A stretch of DNA of 52,638 bases, the filler included, from Jimgerdemannia flammicorona (lineage: Eukaryota), in assembly GCA_003990765.1 (NCBI GenBank). It is 2 parts of 2 records of this genome, joined end to end, with 100 filler letters (N's around TTAATTAATTAA, not from the genome) between each part and the next. Parts side by side here need not be neighbours in the genome. Positions count along the whole stretch, not along the records: positions 1 to 26,269 come from RBNJ01000740.1; 1 more part is not named here. The stretch is one strand, 5' to 3'. Position 1 is the first letter of the stretch; each line of letters begins with the position of its first letter. Position numbers and translations under genes: made by a program. Under the pieces are notes generated by a model. It did not search any database, was not told where the DNA came from, and saw only the letters and a list, made by a program, of their open reading frames with translations. Positions 1-12,400 of the stretch are shown piece by piece.

Positions 1-1250
1 TTTTTTTTAACAGACTCATAGTCCTATGGATTTTTATTGGAAGAGAACCTAGACTATATAGGCCAAAATCCTCCCCCACCACCCACCGAATAATATCCCC
101 CCATTAACCTAGACTACTAAATTGTCCAGCAGTCCCACCACTCCAGCTATACCTGTCAAATACCAGCTACATTGACTCCTACAATATAGACCAGACTTGT
201 CTACTCACCAGGGCTGGATCATTATTTACACATGAGAGCACACCTATACGTCAGATCTAGCAGTGCCAGAACTGAATAAAGAATAGCCCCCCAAACCTCA
301 AAAGAAAGCCTGAGACAAAGAAAAAACCCCCCAACCAACCAACAGAGAGCAAAGTAAATTCAAAGTGGGTGAGTAAAGGACTTACATGCAGAACCTTTCT
401 CAAAGGACTTATACATGGGCTAGGGCCAGAAGAGATCCCACTCCCACTCCCTGAGCCTGTAGGCCTCAATCACATTACCATGTCAGCTCTCAGTTCCAGT
501 CAGGTACTGCCAAATGAGGAAGGCTCCACTCTCCAAGCCTGTGGGCCTCAATCGCATTGCCACATCAGCTCCTGGTTCCAGTTGGATACAGCCAGGATAC
601 TGGTCTCTATACCACCCCACCCCCTACCAGTCAATCAAAAGGTCCAATCAAAATATTATCTGCCCCAGCCCCGATGACTGCCCCCAGCCTGGTACCCCAC
701 TGGTTCACTGTTATTATCCTTCCTCTTATCTGTGATGGCCATCTCCCCTCCCATCCTGATAACACCTAAAAAACAGTCATCTATGCCAGAACTATACTCA
801 CCAGGAAGCTCACTAAAGCCAGAGGGCTCCACCATAGGCACTGAGGACCTGCAGATAACCTATACTGGGCACTTGATGCCCAAGGTTAGCTGACTCCCTA
901 TATAACCCATGATATACTGAGACAACTCCTTATTGGTAATGGCAAAAGAAAAAAGGCACTATACCAAAATAGGTATACCCCAGATGCAGCTGAAGGTACC
1001 AGAATCCACAAAAAAGTGGAGAAAGCACCAATCCGACACTGATAAAGGGGTAACACATCACCATTGCCCTCCTTTCACATGTCCATATAGGCACAGCAAA
1101 CCAACCCAAGGTAGAGGGGGTAATAATAGGGGAAAGGAGACTCGGAAGGTTGCCTACCAAATCTTGTGACCAGTAAGGTAGCAGAGAAAGGAGCTGAATA
1201 TATCTGGTACCCTTATACCAAAGAAGTTCTGATATCTTCTCAAAGATATC
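1..1250. repeat. Unclassified interspersed repeat; a second, AT-eroded copy lies at ~42395-43560
   Basis: TAACAGACTCATAGTCCTATGGATTTTTATTGGAAGAGAACC (pos ~8) aligns with TAACAGACTCAAGTCTTATAGATTTTTATTAGAAGAAAATC (~42396). Colinearity continues for ~1.1 kb. Starts at a T-run. No protein motif recognised. Confidence 0.75.
444..590 (+). repeat. Local direct duplication, period ~82 bp
   Basis: CCACTCCCTGAGCCTGTAGGCCTCAATCACATTACCATGTCAGCTC (444) vs CCACTCTCCAAGCCTGTGGGCCTCAATCGCATTGCCACATCAGCTC (526). Only one unit is seen in the 42.8 kb copy. Confidence 0.8.
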
Positions 1251-1399
1251 CATATTTATAATGACTTTACTGTCTATTTTATTAACAAAAATCTAGAGTT
1301 TACTATAATTCTGCATACTCTATATCTTGATTTTTTTTTTTTTTTTTTATAGTCTCTTGGACTATATTCTTTATTAGTACATCTATCTATCCCATATAT

Positions 1400-4300
1400 A
1401 ATATACTGAGCCCACCTACCCAATCCCTCTAGGGGGCCCCCTCTTTATACTCTCTTGATTAAAGATCACTAAGTCATTAATCATCTCTATCCTCCCACCA
1501 CTCTGCTTGTAGATTCCCTCTACTAAATAGTTCTGACACTCTCCCTGGAGCTCCACCCAACCCACCATCCTGTTAATATATCTTCTATCAACCCCTCTCA
1601 TCTCAATAACCTCTCCTGCAGACCCAGCTATCACTCCTTCTCAAAAACAAAGAGCCAATGGCCAGCCATCCCCATCTATACAACTAGTACCCACCCTACT
1701 ATAAGCTACTCATTGCCCACCCCTCTCACCAACCTTATTTTCAAATCTTCCCAATGACCTCTCTCCCCATCTGGTCTCCTCTTGACATCTAGCTGATTAC
1801 CTACAGCTATCCAAAAATCTCCCAGAACCTCACACTCTCCCAGCCAATGTTCTAGTATCTATACTATTCTCCCAACTTATCTTATATTATAATACTCCTC
1901 ACACTCTAGGAGTCCACCATCTATCAGATGTTTAGAGCAGAAATTCAACATGATATTCCTCCATAGTATCTGCCACCATACTACTCAAAACTTGGGAGAG
2001 AGTCACCTCTGCACCTCAGTACTCCATAATCAGACTCCTACCCAATCCCACTTCTCTCTAATCCTCACTACTTGCCAACTGTTAGGCCAAAAGTCCTGAC
2101 CAAGTCCCTGCTAACACTCCACTCTATTACTAATATCAAACTCAATAAGTGGAGAACCCCTCAATAGTAATCTGTCCCATCTCAACATTGCTGGTCTTTA
2201 CAGTATCTCTCCTTTATTGCTACACCAGTGCAAGCCAATACAGTGTGCTCTATCTGTCACCCCCTACTAGAATCCTTTATATCTTATCTGATGGCTCCCA
2301 CTAGCCCCACTGGAGATAGCAGATCCCCCAAGGACCCTCTTGGAGAGAATCTTATCTCCCACACCTTCTGCAACAGAGGCACCCACCTACCTCCTTGTAG
2401 TTCAACAGTATACTTTAACCACCAAGCTCTCAGACAGTGCAGCTGCTAGGAAAATCCACCAATCCTAGTCTCTCTTAATTTACTGATATTGAAAGGGTAT
2501 CCCAACCGATCTGAGACCACCTCTCAGCCCAAATCTAATCTCTAGCCAGTTTCACCAGTCTCTTTACTACCTAAGCTGGAAAGTCCAAATGATAAGCAAT
2601 ATACCATAACTTAGGGAACCAGTAGATATTCAGAATTGATAACTGGCCTGTCAGGGAGATGTGGTGATCTCTTTAATCTCTAAGAGCCTCTCCCCAAATG
2701 ACCACTCTCCTCTCCCACCACACCCATGGCAAGACAGATCCATATATTGAAAGGAAGATACCCAAATACCTCACTGTCTCTCTTGCAGAGACAATTGTTC
2801 CAATGATGTCTCCTCCCATCAGCCCATTTTCCAGCACTATTGTCTCACACTTATATTAGTTGAGTTTTGCTCCAGAGTGTACCTTATACTATTCCACCAT
2901 CTCCTTAAGTACCTCAATATCTACTACTGATCTAAGTTCAACTACCATATTATCTACAAAGGCCCCCACCTTCCATACCACACTATAAATAGAGAGCCCT
3001 GTCACCTTCTATTAGATCCTATCTATCAAAGGTTCTAATGAAAGAGTATATAGTATAGAAGACAGTGGATCCCCCTAAGGGACTCCTCTCCCCAAGAGAA
3101 ATTCCAGATTCTGGTAACTATTACACATCAGTATCACTCTACTACCCTCCAACAGCTTTAGTATAGAAGCTCAAAATAGTACAAAACACCAATTCTGTCC
3201 AATACCTTGTCCAGTCACACTCACCAAATGTAGTCATAGACTTTCTCCTGATCTAAGAAGACCAATCTCCCATCCAATCCACTAGTCTGAGTCCCTTCAA
3301 TGACTCCATGGACCCAAGCTATCCCATCTCTGATAAGTCTACCTCTAACAAAATCCCAATGCTTCTCACTTAGTACCTATTGGGCAATCTTCTGTAATCT
3401 TACTATGATCACCTTTATGACCATCTTTCTATCTATATCCAGGAGCATGATTGACCTTCAGTTCTTCCAGTCCTCTCTCTTTCCCTTGTCCTTATACAAC
3501 AGGGCCACCAGCCCTAGGTCCTGTCCTCTAACCCACTCACCATTCATAAGAATCAGATCACAGAGAGCTGCCATCTCTCCCAAAACTCCAGGGACCCTTG
3601 TTATCTTCTTCCAGAAGTCCCAAGGTAATCCATCCTCTCCTGGTGCTGTTCTAAGTTTAGTTATTGCTAGGACTCTCTATATCTCCTCCTTTTAGACTGG
3701 TAGGATCAAATCTCTCAGGCTCTCTACCTGTGGCAGCTCCCAAGTCTCCAGAGTATTCCTAATTGCCTCAGCATCAGCCCCCCCCTTTCTCTTCACTCCA
3801 CAGACCTCTCTACTACTCCTTCAGTAATCCCAAGATCTGTTGTGTGCTATGTATGAGTTTCCCCTCTATATCAAGAACTCCATCTTAACAATACCACACC
3901 CTTTTTGCCTGAAAGAGCCTTAATAAGTACCTAGTAGACCTCTCACCCTCCTCAAGCCCCTGCCATCTCAGTCTAGCTGCCATATCTTTCATATACATCT
4001 CCTTCTTCTCTCCTAGCATCTGTTATAACTTCACCACCTCAAACTTAGCTTGCACTAACCTCCAATCATCCACCTCTCCCAAATTTAACAAGTCTGTCTA
4101 TTTTATCTACAATCTGACCAACCTATTGGAAACCCACCTCACCCTTCTCCTTCTCTGCCTTCCAGTATCCCTACTAGCTCTACCCCAGTAAACCCTCACA
4201 GTCTCTTTCAACTTCATCCACTAAATATCTACTAGCGAGCTCTCATATATCCAACTAGCAATCTTCACCTGAACATCCTCCACCTAAGAGTCCTACAATA

Positions 4301-5070
4301 TCTTCTCAGCTAACAGAGAGGAGTTAAGGTGCCAATGTCTAGGTCTATCTCTACTTCCCCCAAACTGCTCCTGCTCTAACAGTCCTCAGTGATCTGACCA
4401 TAGGTACTACTCTATCTCTAAGATCCTCCAAACATCCATACCCCCAGCATTCAGCCATTAGGATCCAGTCAATCCTTATATCTAGGCCATTTATCCAGTG
4501 TATATAAATCCTCTTTTCTCTCTACAGTGTTCTGCCTCTGTCCTCTAAGGAGCTAAGGTTCTCCACCTCCTCTTATATATCCAGTCCTCCACTCCTTCTA
4601 CCAATATTTCTCCCTCCATCAGTTCTATCTAACTGAGGGTCCTGCACTATATTAAAGTTCCTATTCAGAATGTCTACTCTATCCTCCAAGAGAGCATCCT
4701 CCTCTAAAAGACCCTTGATCTATACAATCTGCTCACTCTAAGCAACAGAGCAGTAATAAGAGTCAACTCTCACTAGATCCCACCCCAGTCTATTCTATTC
4801 CCCCCATACTAGACAGTCTCCCTAGCTTCTGATTCCACCCAAATCCCCTTTACCACTTCTCACCAGAATTGCCACTTTGCTGATCCAAACTACAGCACCT
4901 CCCCATTCTCTAGTCTACTCTACTTGATTCAAATTATCCTTACATCATATATCCTGCAGCAGAAAGAGATCAGCCTCCAGTCTCTTAAGCTAAGTGAAAA
5001 TATTCTTATGTTATCCAGAACCCCATAACTCATTCATATTCAGAGAAAAAATGTTAGTTGTACTGTTAAT
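1400..5070 (-). pseudogene. LINE ORF2 (APE endonuclease - RT - C-terminal zinc-finger-like region), many stops
   Basis: Ordered EN and RT motifs as above. EHWLGECEVLGDFW near 1815-1855 resembles the C-terminal zf-RVT region. Stops fall mostly at CAA/CAG/CGA/TGG-derived codons. Confidence 0.85.
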
Positions 5071-5099
5071 TAGAAATAATATTTAGAAGAAAGACCTCT

Positions 5100-7004
5100 T
5101 TACAACTCAGTCCTCCTCTCCTCCCTTGCCCAATCTGTTCCCTATTCTATAGTAAACTCTACACTTGCTAGCTTATTTGTCTCCAATCTTGCCAGAAGGT
5201 CAGCCAGCTCTACATTCTCCTTTTCTTCCATTGTGTCCCTATACTCCTGGCATATACTCTGCCACAGTTGAAGTCCCCTCTTCTGCTCTCATCAGAATGT
5301 AGCCTGTTCTCTAACAGCTACTGCCAACTCTTTCTCCCTTACCTCATCAACCTCATACCCCTCCTTCTCCATGAAGATGGCCAATACCTCAACCCTAAGA
5401 GCCTCAACCACACCTTCTCTCTGCAGTACTCTCTCTCAGTGCTCCTCTCTAACAACTCTCAAGTCTATATCTCTCAACTCCTCAGCTACCAAGTTTTGTA
5501 TAATGTGGCACATCTACTGTATGTCCCCAACAACTTTCCCCCCAGAAGTGTCCAGTCTTCCCACACCCAGCATAGAGGTGTCAATTCCTGTACTCACAGA
5601 TTCATCTTACTCTCTATCTGATACATTTACCAACTCATCCTTCTATATACCCCTCATCTCAACATTCTCACCACCTTGCATCTTTCCAGGGCCCATTAGT
5701 GCTCTACTATTCTTATCATCCTCAAAGACCTCTAGCATACCATCATCATACAGTGTCTGATCCCAAGCTCTCCTGGCTGCCTGAACACCTTCCTCTCTTA
5801 GCTCTTCTCCTCTACCCAAGCACTTGCCTTTGTCTCCTCAGGCTCCTCTGCTCCACTCAACCCCTTGACAGCACTCTCCTTCATACTAGCCAGCAGCTCT
5901 CTCTGCTGCTTCCTCTCTTGGGCCCTCTCTCACTACCTCTTATCTATCTAGATATACTTCCCCTCTACTATCTCCAAATGCATTAAGTCCACATAAGTCT
6001 TTCAAGCTTTCACCTGACATTCTACAGCTTCTCCCAATTCCTCTAATGCTTCCAGAAGGTCCTCCTCCTTCTTCCAATTTCTCCAATGCTTCCAGAAGGT
6101 CCTTCTTCTCCTTCTCACTCCCCTTCACTCTTGATACCTTACAAATGAAGACCCCCCACAATATTACTAATGGTTAGTTACTTATCTTCTCAGTGGCCTC
6201 TCTTCCAGCCAGCTGAATCCTTACATCAATATCTCCAGTTCTGAAAGTGGTCCCCTCCTACATCTGAAATCCAATATTGACCACATTACTATACTCTGTC
6301 ATCACCTCCTCAATCCTCCTCCTAGTCTCAACTATTATCACTATAAGTACTCTCTTCACCAGTAGCTGAACCACTCTGGGGTCCTATCTCAAACAGTATA
6401 CTATAGAGACCACTACCTTCCCTACTATCACTCCAGTCCTCAACACTTCCTCTAGTAGACATACCTCCTCATAACCCACTTCTATCCCCTCCAGACCCTT
6501 CAGAAACTTCACCAATACAGCTCTAGCTACTTGCTTGGAAATAAGCCCCAAAACTATCCTTATTGTCACTACTAAGTCCTAGAAGTACAGAGTTACAGCA
6601 AACTCTAAGATTGACTTCTTGAGTAATAGTGCCACCATTAGCCCCATTATACCATTAGCCAGATCTCTCTTCCTCTTCAGTCCCATCATTCCAGCCTCAC
6701 CATCAGCAGTTATATCTGGATTTTTTTCCAGATTCCCAGTCATACTACTATCAGCAGTCTCTCTCTTTCCCCTAGCTGCTATTATATCAGCCCTTCTACC
6801 CCTTAGCTAAGATACTGAACTCTCTACTTCTACTTCTCTTTGCTTCCTCTTCCCCCCTGTCTGACCACTATGAGATCCAACAGGCCATCCTCCATCCTTC
6901 AGTATATCTACAAAGCTCCTCTCCTTCTGTCCTCCTACTTCTTCTCTAGTGCTACTACTACTACTTAAACTGCTCTGCCCACTTGGACCACTGAAAGACC
7001 CCAT
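5100..7004 (-). pseudogene. LINE ORF1, degenerate
   Basis: Lies upstream of ORF2. Homologous translated segments recur in copies B (~21000-22950) and C (~25040-26269), e.g. EGTxFRTGDIDVRI and KSILEFxVTLxFWGL. Confidence 0.7.
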
Positions 7005-7099
7005 CTCTAATCCATACTCTCATCTAATATATTACCAGTCAAAGGTTCCAGGTCCACCCAACCTAGTACACATGTTGGCTTACTTGTTGGTTACCATGA

Positions 7100-8600
7100 T
7101 CTTAGTATCTTTCTCTAATAAACTATTCAGAAATATGTTTTGAAGTTTGTGTTATATGAATATTAGTAGAGAAAGAGTGTTTGATGGAATGGCTCTATAT
7201 CTTGATAGTCTTCAGTCTCTCCTTCATAATCCTGTATATATGAATAATTTCTCTATAATTAATAATATTAAGGAATTGGTGAGATTAGACCTAACAGGTC
7301 TATTGAAGTTCTATATTAATGACACAAGTTGTATATTGATCTGGAACTACCTTATAGAGCTCAATGATAGTAAGTTACCTATGTTTCATACATTTTCCAA
7401 GATACACAAAGGGGCTTATATAGTATAGTGCCCTATTGTTGGAGTATTTAACTCTTCTATGACTAAGATTTTATATTTCCTATCTTGCTTTCTCTACTTA
7501 TGATCAGTCTATCTATACTATAATATGGGTTATTTACACTACTCACCTCTATGTGATATGTTAGAACTTCTATAATTAGTTTGATTAGATTACCTAGACA
7601 TATCAGCTTGTAGTCTTATCACTACTGAGGACTTTGCTGCATTCTATACCAGAATTATACTAGATAAGTATATAGACTGTCTCACCTTCTTATTAATTAT
7701 AGTATTTCCTTCTGGCTCTTTGCTACTTGAAGCTGTTTTAGGCCTTGTCTATATAGTCATGACTCATATGATATTTACATCCACTATTGGTTTCTTCTAC
7801 TCTGTGACAGATATTGCTATGAGTATAAATTGTACTTTGGATCTTATTAATCTTATTGACTTTACTCATAAGTTGTGTGTCTTGCAAGTACTCAATCATT
7901 TGCTCAGCCAAGTCATTGCCACTAGGCTAAAGTTCTACTAATTTATTGATAACCTAATCATCTTTATACCTGTGATTATAGACTTAGTCTTGATTTTTGA
8001 TATCAGTATCCTCTGTATCATCATATTGAATAGGAAGTCTTGTCTGCTAGATCATACTATTACTTAGATTTAGAAATCTGAGCCACACCATTCTATATAG
8101 ACCACTTTACCAAATTTCTATATAGTATATAGTTTGTTGACTGGTTGAGCAATTACTAAGAAGATGCTACATCTATATATTGTAAATAAGACTTGCCACC
8201 TATTGCTACTCTGCTCATCTTACTATAATTGACTAGATGAGTATCAGTCTCTGGCTAAATTTCTGATTCATAGAAAAGGATACTCTATTGATGTTATATA
8301 TAACTGCTCAATTGAGTTTGGTTAATTGGCTTGAAGTCTGAACTTTACTTCTGATCTCTCTCTCTTTTTTCTACTCTCTAATTCCCTACTCTGCTTTTTC
8401 TCTCTCATTGCTTATCATCTAATATAACATAGCTCAATGGCTACATCAATAGCCTGACAAGACCCTATATACTACTTTGCTTCATTTTGATTTCTCTGAG
8501 ACTACTCAATGACCAATTATTGCTCAGAAGAATGGTTTTATCATTCTTAACACCATCTCAAATACTAGTTTTGCTCTAAGTCCTCCTTGAGACTGCACTG
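7100..8600 (+). mobile_element. Penelope-like element (PLE) reverse transcriptase relic
   Basis: Plus-strand translation gives LPMFHTFSKIHK..CPIV (PKIHK..RPIV, ~7375-7440), EDFAAFYTRI (DxxSLYTxI, ~7630), DIAMS (GIAMG, ~7810), FY*FIDN (xRxIDD, ~7935-7955), YLDLEI (~8061), RKGYS (RGYP, ~8275). Order and spacing match PLE RT. Confidence 0.8.
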
Positions 8601-8656
8601 CTAATATATGTTATACAATGTTTAAAAATGTAAAAAATTACAGAACAATCTCTGAT

Positions 8657-8790
8657 ATGAGACTCTAGGTCTAATATCTACATACTTATGCTCTGTGATG
8701 TCTGTCTACCTCTACTTGCTTTACTTGCTCTAGTATTGAGACTCTACTCTGCCCCAGTCATGAGACTTTAGGCCTAATATCTGCACCTTT
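8657..8790 (+). repeat. Short direct repeats TGAGACTCTAGGTCTAATATCT (2 good copies, 1 partial)
   Basis: Copies at ~8658 and ~8761; partial TGAGACTCTA at ~8737. Confidence 0.6.
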
Positions 8791-8966
8791 AAGTACTGAT
8801 GATTTTTAGAGTTTTAAATCTATAAGTGATAATTATATAACAATATATAATCATCATTAGTCTAGTTCTGTTTTTAGTATTATTTATATATATATAATGA
8901 TTTTTTGATCATGTGATCAGTACTTTTTTTTAATTATTTCTATATCAGATTTTTAATGGCCCATTA

Positions 8967-11015
8967 TGTACATAGATCAATAATGTCTAATTTAGATAAT
9001 TGTTTGGATTAGATAAAGGTCTGAGTCTCATAAACACTATTATAATTCTAGAATTCTGAGATTAGATCTATGTTTTTCATAACCAAACCTTGTTTATCAA
9101 ATTGAATAAAGACTATTACACATTATAGTACTATTGGTGGATTATAGATCAATTGTATATTACTTCAGAAAACACTTTATTCCACTTTTTTATTCTATTA
9201 TAAAATTCACATAAGCTTGATTATTTTCTTCTGCTTGACTCTTACTGCTAATCTTTATATCTACTATATCAGCATTATATCTCATTATAATCTCTTCTAT
9301 TATCTATATATTTAATAATAAAAATAAAAAAATAAAATAAAATAAAATATATCATAATTATATCTATCTACTAAGAAACAAGAGTAGAAGATTGAGCAGC
9401 CTTCAAAGAAGCTTTTTATAAGCAGTTCAAGTCTACTAATATCACTAAACTAGCTAGAGACAGATTAGTAAATATCAAGTAACTCAAGTCTGTATAAAGT
9501 TATAATATATAAAATTTATCAATTCTCTTAAAGCTATATATCTGATATTGCTGAAGATGAGAAAATTAACTGTTAGATCTGAGGCTTAAAGAGAAATATA
9601 TAAGTTAAGATTGAGTTAGAAGAGCTAGAATCTCTTAAAGATATTATAAGAATAGCTAATAAATTTGATATCATTACCTATAGTCACTACTTTGAACCAA
9701 AACACTATAAGAAGAATTACTTTGAGAACTACAACAAGAACCAGTCTAGAACTGTAAAATTAGTTCTAATAGACTTAAACTCTATAAACAAAAAAAATAC
9801 TAAGCTTATCTCTGAAGAGAAGGAATATTTGAAGAAGTCAGAAGTATATTTTTTCTACTATCAGATAGAATATATTGTAACTAAATATTCTAAGAAGATA
9901 ATTATCTGTAAGACCAGTCACTATATTGTCTAAAGATATATCTACCAACTATACTATTAGTCAGCCAGAACTTAAGATCAAGAAGCTATATCTAAAGATC
10001 TAGATTTCTCAATATCAATCAGAAGAAGTCATTAGTTTTGACCTGTATTTAGTCAAACAAGTTATTATTTCCATGAAAGGAAAAACTCTAGTACCTACTG
10101 AAATTATAATACAATACTCAGAAGACTACTATATAAGAATTGTACTCAGATCAGAACTCAGTATTATTCATTATTTAGATATAATACTAACATCATTGAT
10201 CCAGACTATTAAGAATAAGTTCAAGTTCTACTTATCAATCAAAAGAACAAGACTACATAGTCAAGAAGAGAGACTAAGTTGCACAAATAAGCTTAGAAGA
10301 AGTAAGTCAACTCAAAGTCACAGAAGTCTAAGAACTACTTTCAACTTTATAAGATTAGAAAGACTTTAGAAACATAGACCAAGTAGTAAGTTTATCAGAA
10401 AACTAAGCTTAAGTAATACTTATCTTTAAAGAACTAGTCAAGGGAAAAAAAGTTTAAGTACTTATTGATAGTAAAACTTCATCAATCAGAACCTCATCAA
10501 AACTCTCAAGATCCTTACCAAGTCTATATCCAGAAGTGAGAGAGTAGTTATTATAAAATGAGTCAATATCACTATTAAGTTAGATAAGTTAGTAAACAAG
10601 ACTCAGATTACTATTCTGTCAGTAATACAGTATAAGAAGGCACTCAAGAAAGTAGTATATACTTTTGTTACTATTGTCTATTCCAAGAAATAAGACAAGA
10701 AGCTATCAATTAATAAAAGTATCAAGTTATTGCTAAAAGAATTCAAGAATATCTTCCCAGATAAGCTACCTGATCTACCATATATATGAGAAGTAGATTG
10801 TAAAATTGAACTAATCCCAGGAGTCATATTATTCAAGAAATATATATACTATATACATATTACTCTTTAAGATAGAAGTAGTTAAGAAAAAAACTAGAAG
10901 AACTACTTACTCAAGGAGCCATTTAGCCTAGCAAGTCTCACTATGGCTCACTAGTCCTTTTTATTAAGAAAAAGAATAGAATTCTATAAATATATATTAA
11001 CTATTATACACTTAT
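8967..11015 (+). mobile_element. Ty3/Gypsy LTR retrotransposon 5' fragment (gag, protease, start of RT), degenerate and 3'-truncated
   Basis: Gag-like DEKINC*I*GLKRNI (~9555). Decayed CCHC knuckle VYFFYYQIEYIVTKYS (~9845). Protease-like VLIDS (~10460). RT start EFKNIFPDKLPDLP, IELIPG, QGAI*PSKSHYGSLVLFIKKK (~10740-10980). Candidate short LTR TGTA...AATAAAGACTATTACA at 8967-9120 (weak). Confidence 0.8.
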
Positions 11016-11019
11016 TAGA

Positions 11020-12400
11020 TACTGATTGTATGTTTTTGAGGAAGGTAAGTGGATGAGTTTAGAGGAGTATCTGCTATAGTATGAAGAGTTGATAGAGGAT
11101 GTTCTGTCTGGCTAGTGGGTGAGAGGCTCTAGAATGAGATTCTTATACAGTTTGACTAATTGGCAATATACTTGCTAAGGAGCATTCTTCTTAAGATAGT
11201 TGACCTAAAGGAGATATACTTCCTTCTTGTCTGAGCTTCTAAATCCTTCAGCTTGCCTTATTCCTTCAGTCAGTTTGGAGACTTCTTGTAATTAAGGGGT
11301 CTTGACTTTTATGAAAACTGCTTGAGCAATCTTCTGTCCTCTAATAATTCAATGCTATTCTATACTACTGTTATGCAAGATGTTCTTGATTTTATCTGTA
11401 TATTCTGGGTCAATAGTTTCTCTTTTTACAGTTACTCCTTGTCTTGTAAGTCTAGACCTTGAGGTTAGTTAGATGTAAGTTTCTTGATGTGGCTATATAG
11501 CTAGTCTGATTCTGAATATCAGTGTTCTTTCAGATTTGATGGTTTCATTCTCCAGATTGTAGAGGTCATACCCTATATCTTCTTGGTGAGCTTTGGTTAG
11601 GGGTTTGGTCTTGGAGTGTAGCAGAATATACTGAATAATATTCTTACTAAGTTCAGACTATCCTTGGGCTGAGACTCTACTGACAGGAAGTCTCTAAGCT
11701 CTGAGGTTGAGGTGTGGCTATTTGGCTCTAGTAGAGGGATCTCAGAGATAGTTGATTTCTCTCTTTTCTATAAGGTCTAGGGATTCTGGCATCTTCTACC
11801 TATTCTCAGTAAATTACATATCTAATAAGAGTTAGGATATCTTCTCCCAAATTATAGATCATGAAAATCCTTCCTCCTGGTTTCTTGGTCTGGCTTTTTC
11901 AGATCTAGGTTCTATTGTCTCTACTTTTCAATATGTGAATTATAATATTCTGACTGAGGTAAATCTTCTGGTATCTGCAGTCTCAGTAGTTTGAATATCT
12001 TTTGTGATTGCAATATCCCATTGCTCAAAAATGCAGTTCCTGGTTATTGATCTTCTATTGTTTTGGAAATCAGTATCTATTTTGGTTATAGGTTGGAAGA
12101 AGAGTGACCAAGATATATACTTCTTTTCAGATGAAGAGACCTTATCCTCTGAATTGACTTTATAATTTTATAGTGACTTCTTAGAAGATGGTTAACTATA
12201 CAATAGTAGTTGGGAGTTCTAATCTTTGGAGTCTCTATCTTTCTTGTTAGTCTAGTAGATGGTACTGATAGCAGTAGTCTTAGAGAGAGTAGAAGACTAT
12301 TTGATGTGGGTATTTTTCTAGCTAAAAGGCTCTTTCTTAATATATTTCTTACTTTGAAATAATGGAGATTATACTAGGTCCTTCTTCAATATTCTAAGGG
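11020..12400 (-). mobile_element. Retroelement fragment containing dUTPase (parent element unresolved)
   Basis: Purine-rich minus-strand coding-like relic containing a clear dUTPase. It is followed by LVKLYKNLI..PDRT, resembling the start of a Gypsy RT region. Confidence 0.6.
11232..11640 (-). pseudogene. dUTPase domain 1 (retroelement-borne)
   Basis: All five trimeric dUTPase motifs in order: IGYDL, SRSRL, TIDPEYTD, KIAQ, RQAEGFRSS. Confidence 0.85.

Larger units (their letters stand above)
1331..7070 (-). mobile_element. LINE (L1/Tx1-like non-LTR retrotransposon) copy A, near full length, degenerate
   Basis: Poly(A) tail appears as T18 at 1331-1348. Minus-strand RT motifs FLDQEKVYD (~3250), RGVP*GDPLS (~3080), GAFVDN (decayed FADD, ~2955), VRYLGI (~2765). 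APE endonuclease motifs RIDW (~4470) and WSDH (~4395). ORF1-like region ~7004-5100. Confidence 0.9.

Noticed and set aside
3300..6810. Plus-strand Ser/Leu/Pro-rich ORFs over the LINE copies (also 13776-14162, 21130-23529)
   Set aside because: Antisense read-through of purine-rich minus-strand LINE ORFs.
8650..8810. Possible hammerhead ribozyme next to the PLE (CTGATATGAGAC..GTC, CTGATGA)
   Set aside because: The required GAAA core and stems cannot be assembled from the sequence as is. An Infernal search on a restored consensus would be needed.
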